Translations under genes and position numbers: made by a program
Part shown: positions 1 through 7,144 of the stretch, piece after piece
How positions within the stretch are numbered: the stretch's first letter is position 1
Layout: each line of letters begins with the position of its first letter
Notes under the pieces: model-generated
What the model was told of the DNA's origin: nothing
The model's input: the letters and a program-made list of their open reading frames with translations, nothing else
Databases searched by the model: none
DNA from: Methanocella sp.
Lineage (GTDB): Archaea > Thermoproteota > Bathyarchaeia > Bathyarchaeales > Bathycorpusculaceae
Assembly: GCA_050261115.1 (NCBI GenBank)
Contig: JBLNCY010000017.1
Span: 1-10,674 of the forward strand
DNA length: 10,674 nucleotides
Reading direction: 5' to 3'

Positions 1-1025
1 AATGCGCCTGAAGTAGGCGACAAGGCTGGCGGTGCTATTTCTATAATTGGAAACAATACGCAAAGGCAATGTCATAGGTGTCGCTGTGGGAATTACGGGT
101 TCTCGTTCTAATGTCGCGGAGAACACTCTTTTAGACGATGTTGGAGTGAACGGTTCTTACTCAACCATCTCAAAGAATGTTTTTTTCAGGAACTATCAGG
201 GCAAATGGCTCACACCTGAACATCTCCTCTAATACTAAAGATAGTTCAATTAAGATTGGTATGGATTCTGGAATCAAATTAGAAGGCGCATTTTGTACTA
301 TTTACGGAAATGTGATAACTGCTAAGAGGATGACTCCAGGGATAGGTGTTGACGGTAAAGATAATCTAGTGATAAAAAATATAGTAGAGAATTCAGATGT
401 AGGCATCAGAGTGAATGGCTCAAACAATTTCCTTTGCGCCAACATAATAAGTGACTGCATGATTTCCCCAGCGTACTCTTATACTATACCTACAAGCGGT
501 ATAGCTCTGCAAATTTCAGGGGACAATCTAGTATATGCGAACGACATCACCGACAACTCGTGGGGGATGAGTCTAAATCAATACTCAGAGATTGTTTCCA
601 TTTCTACTTTCTATCACAACAACTTTATTGGAAACACGTATCAGGTCGTTTTATTACCAGAAGAGTGGCTGATTGATTACACAAAAGATAGTTATGATAA
701 CGACAAGGAAGGTAACTTCTGGAGCGACTATAACGGCACTGACAGAAACGGCGACGGCATAGGCGACACCCCCTACATAATCGATGCCCGCCGTATGGAC
801 CGCTACCCCCTGATGGCACCTTATGATATAGATATCGCCACTATCGAGTTACCTTACTGGGCAAACCCAACCCCCTCCAGCACACCAGAACCCAAACATA
901 GCCCAACACTACTCCTCACCCTAACCATAGCCGCCACAACCGCCGCCGTGATCATAACAGCACTAATCATACACAGCAAAAGAACCCACCGCCGACCCAA
1001 CCCACAGAAAGCACCCCCAGCATAA
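1..1025 (+). pseudogene. NosD/pectin-lyase-like right-handed beta-helix surface protein with C-terminal Pro/Thr linker and TM anchor; 5'-truncated by the window, two apparent frameshifts (about 63 and about 180-186)
   Basis: Beta-helix-like sequence runs through three frames: frame 1 (1-63, NAPEVGDKAGGAISIIGNNTQ), frame 2 (65-181, GNVIGVAVGITGSRSNVAENTLLDDVGVNGSYSTISKNV) and frame 3 (ORF 177-1025). The C-terminal part has FYHNNF, GNFWSDYNGTDRNGDGIGDTPYIID...DRYPL, a PTPSSTPEP linker, a hydrophobic helix and a basic tail. The 282-aa frame-3 part is intact. The frameshifts could be sequencing errors. Confidence 0.75.
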
Positions 1026-1163
1026 ATCTAAAACTGACCCCTAGGCAAAGAGATCGGTTGATTAAAAGGTCAGGCAAAACAAAAAGGGCGCAGCTTCAAC
1101 CAAAACACTTCTGCAGCCAACCATCCGACTTGCCTGCAACCATACATCCCCTCACCGCCTAAA

Positions 1164-1211
1164 ACTAACAAACACCCAGACATACCCTCTACTTCCTGGC
1201 GGGTGTTTAGT
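1164..1211. other. Inverted repeat / hairpin immediately 5' of element copy 1
   Basis: AAACACCC (1170-1177) pairs with GGGTGTTT (1201-1208). Alternatively ACTA+AACACCC pairs with GGGTGTTTAGT (to 1211) with a 3-nt bulge. Confidence 0.55.
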
Positions 1212-1255
1212 CTATATATAAGAGAGGGGGTAGGTTAGCAAAGCACCAGAAACAT
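1211..1255. repeat. Dispersed intergenic element, copy 1 core (extended similarity about 1135-1272)
   Basis: 1211-1250 TCTATATATAAGAGAGGGGGTAGGTTAGCAAAGCACCAGA aligns ungapped to 8571-8610 at 33/40. CCAGAAACAT is also shared (1246-1255 vs 8615-8624). Confidence 0.8.
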
Positions 1256-1279
1256 ACCCTATCAAGCAGCCCTACGCAT

Positions 1280-1798
1280 TTACCAAGGGTGCTTTTTTAG
1301 TTTCAGCTTGTAAGCACCAAAATTAGTCAACAAGTGAATCGGCGGCGTCAAAATCAACACCGCAACCGCAACTTGCCAAGTCAACATGAACACGCCCAAC
1401 GCAACCAGCGGATAGGCAAACAGCAAGGCGCCGACAACGAAGTCAAGCTGATCTACCACCGGCAACATGCCGCCTGGCTGAATATCAAGCCGTCGCTTCA
1501 AAAAAGCAGCCGACAAATCGCCCAAAAGCGCTCCCAACGGAATTAACAAGCTAAACAGAAGTGGAAACTTGTCAAACCCAAAAACAAAGCCCTCCGCCAA
1601 TCCGACACCAAAACCCACCGTCCAGCCAAAGAAGAAACCCCGGAAGGTTTTGTTGTTGCCAAAGATGCGTTTGCCATCGGTAAAGTTTCGGCCAAAATCC
1701 ATCTTTTTTCCGCCGCCCGCAAGGACTGGTGTGCCGTTGGCGCAGTAGGCTGGAAAGATGAATTTTAGGGCTTCAACGATTAGGAGGACAAGATCCAT
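1280..1798 (-). CDS. carS: CDP-archaeol synthase (CDP-2,3-bis-O-geranylgeranyl-sn-glycerol synthase)
   Basis: Motifs PAYxANGxPV, D-G-x-RIFGxxKTxRG, GALLGDLxxxFLKRR and PVVDQLDF, ending KLKKHPW, with multiple TM helices. Start is ATG at 1798 or 1810. Confidence 0.93.
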   Translation of the reverse strand: MDLVLLIVEALKFIFPAYCANGTPVLAGGGKKMDFGRNFTDGKRIFGNNKTFRGFFFGWTVGFGVGLAEGFVFGFDKFPLLFSLLIPLGALLGDLSAAFLKRRLDIQPGGMLPVVDQLDFVVGALLFAYPLVALGVFMLTWQVAVAVLILTPPIHLLTNFGAYKLKLKKHPW

Positions 1799-1815
1799 CG
1801 GGCTGTGCATCCGTT

Positions 1816-2511
1816 CTAGTAGAGTTGTGTATCAGTTAATCCACCTACCCCTATATGTACATAGCATGTTGCTTGCGTTGCTTGGGTGGGGGCTTTTTCG
1901 ATTGATACCTGTATTACCTGCGGATAGTCTGTGGGCTTTAGACACAGGATGGTTTCTGCCCAGAACTTCAAGACCCGATTTGCAACCGGACGCACACTTA
2001 AGGACTCCGCCTCCTCACCTATTACGCTGCGCACTTGACTCAAAATCAGTAGCGGAATCTTTTTGGTTTTACAGAGCTGCGCAAGTATGGCGAGTTGTTT
2101 GTTTAGCTCTCGATTAACACTAAACGATCTAGGCAACTCTGCGGCCCGCGCGCTATAGAGCGAAGTAAACGTGTCAAACACCATAAGACCGACGTTAACG
2201 GTGTAGTCTTCGATTTTGTCGATGAGCACCGTTTGTTCCTTAAAATCCCGAGGCTTAACCAGCACCACACGCTCGGCCACCTCATCGAAGCGGTAATTTG
2301 CGATTTGGGCAAGACGCTCCGTTGAGAAAGTGTTGTCGCAGTCTACGTAGAGGATTTTTTGGCCTTGAACTGCACAGTTAACCGCACACTGCAACGCAAA
2401 GGTGGATTTACCGGTTTCAGGCTCCCCATAGACTAACATAATGGCGCCGGGTTGGATGCCTCCGCCGATTTTCTGGTCAATGCAACTAGATCCTGTGGGG
2501 ACGATTGCCAT
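1816..2511 (-). CDS. radB: RadB-like RecA/RadA paralogue (ATPase core only)
   Basis: Motifs PTGxxxID...GGG, Walker A GEPETGKST, YVDCD, FSTERLAQI, Walker B VFDTFTSLY, ELNKQL and LSQVRS. No N-terminal HhH domain. Start placed at ATG 2511 (MAIVPTG) because the upstream ORF extension runs through the divergent promoter region. Confidence 0.78.
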   Translation of the reverse strand: MAIVPTGSSCIDQKIGGGIQPGAIMLVYGEPETGKSTFALQCAVNCAVQGQKILYVDCDNTFSTERLAQIANYRFDEVAERVVLVKPRDFKEQTVLIDKIEDYTVNVGLMVFDTFTSLYSARAAELPRSFSVNRELNKQLAILAQLCKTKKIPLLILSQVRSVIGEEAESLSVRPVANRVLKFWAETILCLKPTDYPQVIQVSIEKAPTQATQATCYVHIGVGGLTDTQLY

Positions 2512-2586
2512 GGTTGACACGTCAAGCAATATTAGTTGGAAGATTAATAATTTGTTTTGCACTTAAACGTATACGATACTTCAAGG
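2512..2586. promoter_or_regulatory. Short divergent promoter region for radB-carS and the RNase H-fold/clp1 pair
   Basis: AT-rich gap between divergent starts. Minus-strand AAAACAAATTATTAAT (BRE/TATA-like, about 2543-2558) and plus-strand CTTAAA (about 2562-2567) lie about 25-40 nt upstream of the respective ATGs. Confidence 0.45.
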
Positions 2587-2592
2587 ATGGTT

Positions 2593-3240
2593 ATGAAGGG
2601 AAAAGTTGCCGTCGCAACAGTACAGGGTAAAGCCTACTATTACATAGTCAACGCTTTGCGTGAGTACGGCATTGGCTTCTTTAGCCTAATCCCCGGAGAA
2701 CCCATACCTTCAAGGGCAAAGTTGGTCATAACCACCGAAGAAGAAAAAGCCCAAGTCGCCTATCCCAAAGTCTTGGTTTTCCATGGTGAATCGGATCTTG
2801 ACACCCTAATTTTGGAAGTAAAGAAGGCGCTTTTGGGAAAGGAAGCCTACGAGAAGATTGTGGTGGGTATTGACCCCGGTGAAGCAATCGGTTTTGCAGT
2901 TATAGCAGACGGGAGAGTCATTGAGGAAAGCAACTGCTACACCAACCGCGAGGTAATAAGGGCTATTCTTAAAATTCTTAAGGCAGTGAACTTCTGTGTT
3001 ACTACCTTTTCGGTTAAAATCGGCAACGGTGTACCCCTCTATCGGGAGCTGCTCTATGACTTAGATGAGGCTTTGCCACATGAGGTGTCCCTGATAGTTG
3101 TAGGCGAAGCAGGAACCAATCGACCCCTCAGGGCGCATAGCCGAAAAGTTAGGCATATATCTTCCGCTATCCGTATAGCTGGAAGAACCGGGCGGTTATT
3201 GGCTAGGAGACATGTCGTTGCAGCACACAGTACAAACTAA
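2593..3240 (+). CDS. Conserved archaeal protein with C-terminal RNase H-fold (YqgF/RuvX-like) domain
   Basis: IVVGIDPGEAIGFAVIADG resembles the first strand of the RNase H fold with its catalytic Asp. Also KIGNG, VVGEAGT (cf. YqgF DERxT) and terminal RHISSAIRIA (cf. DxxAA). Start is ATG 2587 or 2593. Confidence 0.65.
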   Translation: MKGKVAVATVQGKAYYYIVNALREYGIGFFSLIPGEPIPSRAKLVITTEEEKAQVAYPKVLVFHGESDLDTLILEVKKALLGKEAYEKIVVGIDPGEAIGFAVIADGRVIEESNCYTNREVIRAILKILKAVNFCVTTFSVKIGNGVPLYRELLYDLDEALPHEVSLIVVGEAGTNRPLRAHSRKVRHISSAIRIAGRTGRLLARRHVVAAHSTN

Positions 3241-4312
3241 CAGAACCCTACTTGTGGACGGACCAGCAGCCATACAAGTCATCGCTGGAAAAGCAGAAGT
3301 CTTCGGCAAACCGCTCAAAGAACCCCAGCGGGTAATGGTTCACGAGGGCAAACGTAAACCCTTCTACGCCACCGAAACCCTCACGCTTAAGGTCCTCTTA
3401 GGCGCCAACGCAGCCATAAAAGAAGTGGAAGGCACCACAACGCCAGCGTCATGGGATAAACCGGTTGAATTTATACGCAGCCTCGAGCTTAAGCCCTTAA
3501 TAATCATACTCATGGGTGCCTCTGACGCTGGAAAAAGCAGCTTCTGCACCTACCTCCTAAACAAGCTCGTTGAAGGCAACCGTAGAGTGGGCATTTTGGA
3601 TGGCGACTTGGGCGAATCAGACATCGGACCCTCAGCCACCGTCGGCTACGCCGTAGCGGAAAAGCAAGTCACAGAATTAGGCAACCTAAAGATGCAAAAT
3701 GGGTTCTTCGTCGGCGCAACATCCCCCGTACACGCATTAAACAGGGCGGTTGAAGGCTTAGTCGCTATGCTACAAGAGCTACTCCAAAAGCAGCCAGACT
3801 ACGTGATAATTAACACGGATGGCTTCATAGCCGGCGAGGCTGCAGAAAAATACAAGCTGTCTCTCATAAGGGAGCTGAGGCCAAACATAGTTATCGGCAT
3901 CCAATCCAAAAACGAGTTGGACCCGATAATCTCCTGCCTTGGCGGAGGCGGCGTCATGACCGTTGAAGCATCACCAGCCGCAGGCACAAGAGGCCCAGAG
4001 AAACGCAAAGCCCTAAGAGAAAGAACCTACCAAAAACACCTCAAAAACTCAAAGCTCCAATGCATCCCCATCAGCCAATTAATAGTTGAACCCCGAACAG
4101 CCATCCCCAAAACGCAGGACCCAAACAAAGGGCTCCTAGTCGGCTTATATGGCTACGGCTCCAAATTCTTAGGCATCGGCGTCCTACGCGCCATTAATTC
4201 GACAAGAAAAACCTTGAAAATACAAACCTCCGTTCCCAAAAAGCCCATTCGACTTGTTTTAGGTAAGGTTATGCTCGATCGGAAGCTTCGGGAAGTCCCA
4301 AGTCAGGCTTGA
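3212..4312 (+). CDS. clp1: Clp1/Grc3-family polynucleotide 5'-hydroxyl kinase
   Basis: N-terminal LLVDGPAAI domain, Walker A GASDAGKSS, DGDLGESDIGP, FFVGATSP, INTDG and lid RKALRE. Overlaps the upstream gene by 29 nt. Confidence 0.88.
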   Translation: MSLQHTVQTNRTLLVDGPAAIQVIAGKAEVFGKPLKEPQRVMVHEGKRKPFYATETLTLKVLLGANAAIKEVEGTTTPASWDKPVEFIRSLELKPLIIILMGASDAGKSSFCTYLLNKLVEGNRRVGILDGDLGESDIGPSATVGYAVAEKQVTELGNLKMQNGFFVGATSPVHALNRAVEGLVAMLQELLQKQPDYVIINTDGFIAGEAAEKYKLSLIRELRPNIVIGIQSKNELDPIISCLGGGGVMTVEASPAAGTRGPEKRKALRERTYQKHLKNSKLQCIPISQLIVEPRTAIPKTQDPNKGLLVGLYGYGSKFLGIGVLRAINSTRKTLKIQTSVPKKPIRLVLGKVMLDRKLREVPSQA

Positions 4313-6279
4313 TTGCAGAAGAACTTGCGAACTTGCTCGGCTAAGGCGCCGGGTTTGTCAGGGATAGTTATCATGCCGTTAGTTACCCAGGAGGGTATGA
4401 AGCTCTTTACGTAAGCAGACGCATAGCGCTGGTCCAGAAAAACTATGGCGCCGCGATCGTCAAGTGTCCGTATGGGTCTACCGGCGGCTTGGCAAGCCTT
4501 CTTCATGGCCGGCAAGATATAGCCGTATTCACGGCCTCGACTGGGGAAACGGTCTTCGTAGTAGTCGATTTGGGCTCTAACCCGAGGCGTGGGCTCAGCG
4601 TAGGGGACACCCACGACGATGACGGAGTTCATTTGGTTACCAGGGAAATCTACCCCCTCCGAGGTTCGCCCACCCTGCACCCCCAAAAAGACTGCACCAC
4701 CTTTATCGCCGCATGCCTTGAAATTCTGCACCAGCTTCTCGTTATCTTTAGAACTCATACCACTCTTTTCATAGTAGAGGGGCTTTAGCAATTGGTCTTC
4801 GAGTCCTTCGGAGAGCAGCGCGTTTAGGACTTGGAAGCTGGCGGCGAAGATGCCTGTGTTGGTGGGGGTGCTGTTGACGACTTCGTTTATGCGATCAATC
4901 ATGGTCTGGTACATTTTGGGTGTCCGCTGCTCCATTGAGGTGGAGACGCCCATGCAGACCGCTGAGAAAACGTGCTCTTTAGGGAAAGGGGAAGGCGCTA
5001 AGAACCGCACCGTGGTTTCGGGTAGTTTAGTGATGCGTGCATAAGCTTCCAGCGGCTGCAGAGTTCCTGACATGATTACGTTGGCATAGGTCTGGGAGAA
5101 GACGGGCTCGGTTATTTTTGCGGGGTCTAAAGCGACGATTTCGAGTTTTGCTGCTTTATTGCCTTCTTTATTGATGTATTGGCTGGCGACGTTGATGTAT
5201 GAGTTATCGTTTACCGTGTCAAGCCATTTAGTTAAGAAATCGGCTGTGGCGTTAATGTAGCTTCGGGGGTTTTTGCCTTCAGCTAGCAGAGCTTTTTTTA
5301 TGGCAACGCCTGCCTCATGCATGTGAATAAAAAAATCACGGGGTCTATGGACTCCGCCTCTCTCAACTATTTCAAGAATGCGATCTGGCGATATCAGTTC
5401 TTCTTTTCGAATCTTGTCGGTTAACTTGTCGACTTCGTTGCGGAAAAAGTGAGCGAACTCTTCTATGTCTTTGTAACCAAATCGTTCTGCCTCCATTTCG
5501 GCTTGGCGCAGGATAAAGAGGGTAAGCTGAGAGCTAGAGATATCGACGGCGGTTTCGGGCAGATTATGGGCTTCGTCAACTACAAGAATAACTTTTGATA
5601 GCTCAGTCTCTAGGTTCTTAAGAAAAGCCGAGCGAATCTGAGAATCAAACACATAAAGATAGCTTAAGGCTATAACTCGGGCGTCATGAGTGGCCGCTTT
5701 CACAAGCTCATAGGGGCAAATCTCGGTTTTTTTGCATACCCGAAGGATTTCTGAGCCCATATAGGGTTTTATGGCGACTTGCGCAGAGAGCTGCAGGTAT
5801 TCATAGCTGCGGTTCTCCACGTTTTTGTAGTAGGGGCAGCGGCCTTTGGATTTGAGGAGTTCACAGACTTCCATCAGAGATTTCGAGTCAAATGCGCCCT
5901 TTTCGGCAAAGACGTTGAGGCACATTTCATTGCGTCCACGGATAGAGACGCCAGTCACTGGGCGCCGCTTGTAGATTGCCCGTAATTCGTCTATGACGCG
6001 GTCGTGTTGGCGATGTGTGCGTGCGACGTAGAGGATTTTGAGGTTCTTTTTCATTGCTACAGGAAGAACAGCGGACAACGACGAGATGGTTTTTCCTAAC
6101 CCATTAGCGCCTTCTATGAGGACGGATTTGCGTTCGTTTACGGCTTTGTTGACGGTGGTTATGAATTCGTCTTGGTGGGGGCGTGCGGCGCTATAGGGGA
6201 AGTATTCGAGCACCTCGGCGGGTAATTTGAGGTTGTTTATGGTGCTGTTGCTTGGGGCGCTGGGGGTTGTGTTGTTCAT
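4303..6279 (-). CDS. xpd: XPD/Rad3-family Fe-S cluster 5'-3' DNA helicase
   Basis: Q motif FPY..RPHQ, GANGLGKT, Fe-S Cys (NEMC, EVC, CPYY, CPYE), VDEAHN, SGT, SEGVDF and QAAGRPIR. Start ATG 6279 is preceded by AGGAGA and overlaps the nth stop (ATGA). Confidence 0.92.
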   Translation of the reverse strand: MNNTTPSAPSNSTINNLKLPAEVLEYFPYSAARPHQDEFITTVNKAVNERKSVLIEGANGLGKTISSLSAVLPVAMKKNLKILYVARTHRQHDRVIDELRAIYKRRPVTGVSIRGRNEMCLNVFAEKGAFDSKSLMEVCELLKSKGRCPYYKNVENRSYEYLQLSAQVAIKPYMGSEILRVCKKTEICPYELVKAATHDARVIALSYLYVFDSQIRSAFLKNLETELSKVILVVDEAHNLPETAVDISSSQLTLFILRQAEMEAERFGYKDIEEFAHFFRNEVDKLTDKIRKEELISPDRILEIVERGGVHRPRDFFIHMHEAGVAIKKALLAEGKNPRSYINATADFLTKWLDTVNDNSYINVASQYINKEGNKAAKLEIVALDPAKITEPVFSQTYANVIMSGTLQPLEAYARITKLPETTVRFLAPSPFPKEHVFSAVCMGVSTSMEQRTPKMYQTMIDRINEVVNSTPTNTGIFAASFQVLNALLSEGLEDQLLKPLYYEKSGMSSKDNEKLVQNFKACGDKGGAVFLGVQGGRTSEGVDFPGNQMNSVIVVGVPYAEPTPRVRAQIDYYEDRFPSRGREYGYILPAMKKACQAAGRPIRTLDDRGAIVFLDQRYASAYVKSFIPSWVTNGMITIPDKPGALAEQVRKFFCNQA

Positions 6280-6941
6280 GTGGTTGTCTCCTTGGATGGG
6301 CAGACGCTGCTTACAGGGCAGGCGTGGCATTTGGGGTTTTGGGCTTTGCAGGTTTTTCTGCCATGCGCAATCAGCAACAGGTGCACATAAGTGTAATCTT
6401 GGGGTTGGAAGAGCGATTGGAGACTTAACCGAACCGCTTCATAATCCCCTTTCTGGGGAGCTAACCCAAGCCGCCTTGCGACACGGTTAACATGCGTATC
6501 TACTGGGATGGTCGGTTTGCCCGCTGAGAACATTAAAACGACATCGGCAGTTTTGGGCCCAACACCCGGCATCTCCATGAGGGTTCTGCGCGCAACCTCC
6601 AGGGGCAATGCGAGAATCGCGTTCAGGTTGCCGCCGAATTTCTCAAGAACAATCCTAGAGACAGTCTGGATCGCTTTGGCTTTGCTTTGATACAGCCCAG
6701 CGGCGCGTATGCAGTCTTCTATTTCCTCAATTTTAGCCTCAGCCAGCACCGATGGAGTAATCGCGAATAGCTTTGAGAGTTTTTCAAAGGCGCGTTCTGT
6801 GTTGGTGTCGGCGGTGTTCTGAGAAATAATTGTCACAATCAGCGTTTGGTAGGGGTCGGCGCCAACTTTGACGAGGTCTGGCAGGGCTAGCGTTTCCTTT
6901 AGGGTGATGAGAATGGTTTGTGCGTTAGCTTGAGTCTGCAT
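6276..6941 (-). CDS. nth: Endonuclease III (HhH-GPD DNA glycosylase/AP lyase with 4Fe-4S cluster)
   Basis: Motifs ISQNT, HhH MPGVGPKTA (catalytic Lys), PVDTHV and C-x6-C-x2-C-x5-C (CKAQNPKCHACPVSSVC). Start probably ATG 6941. Confidence 0.93.
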   Translation of the reverse strand: MQTQANAQTILITLKETLALPDLVKVGADPYQTLIVTIISQNTADTNTERAFEKLSKLFAITPSVLAEAKIEEIEDCIRAAGLYQSKAKAIQTVSRIVLEKFGGNLNAILALPLEVARRTLMEMPGVGPKTADVVLMFSAGKPTIPVDTHVNRVARRLGLAPQKGDYEAVRLSLQSLFQPQDYTYVHLLLIAHGRKTCKAQNPKCHACPVSSVCPSKETTT

Positions 6942-6980
6942 AGCGTTACTTCTGCCTAAGAATGTTGAGAGTATGCTTCT

Positions 6981-6999
6981 ATTGGCTATAAATACCAAT
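6981..6999 (-). promoter_or_regulatory. Putative TATA box for nth-xpd, flanked by an inverted repeat
   Basis: ATTGG-CTATAAATA-CCAAT. Reads TTTATA on the minus strand (6987-6992), about 46-51 nt upstream of the nth ATG. Confidence 0.45.
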
Positions 7000-7144
7000 T
7001 GCGCAGGAAACTGTCATCTTTCAAGCCTAATTTTACATTTTAGCTTTATTTGATGTAGATAGGCTTGTTAAGTAGCTCCTTTCTTAGCGTATGATATCCC
7101 GTAAAACTAATTAGCTTAAACAACACCCGTTGTATTGTGAATAA

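Noticed and set aside
1211-1231. Replication-origin ORB (G-string) or canonical promoter interpretation of the repeated core
   Set aside because: There is no TTCCAxTGGAA-type ORB core and no orc1/cdc6 gene. The TATA-like run lacks a purine-rich BRE on either strand, and no gene starts nearby. An antisense promoter cannot be fully excluded.
1163-1240. Integron attC-like site (CTAAC at 1165-1169 ... GTTAG at 1234-1238)
   Set aside because: The ends do not fit RYYYAAC/GTTRRRY fully, L-box pairing is poor, copy 2 lacks the GTT end, and there is no integrase or cassette array in the window.
4303-4312. 10-nt convergent overlap of the clp1 and xpd 3' ends
   Set aside because: Common in compact archaeal genomes, with no additional signal seen.
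6280-6330. Longest-ORF N-terminal extensions (xpd to 6330; likewise nth to 6998, radB to 2562, RNase H-fold gene from 2557)
   Set aside because: They overlap neighbouring genes or promoter regions. Downstream ATGs fit the RBS, ATGA coupling or family N-termini better.
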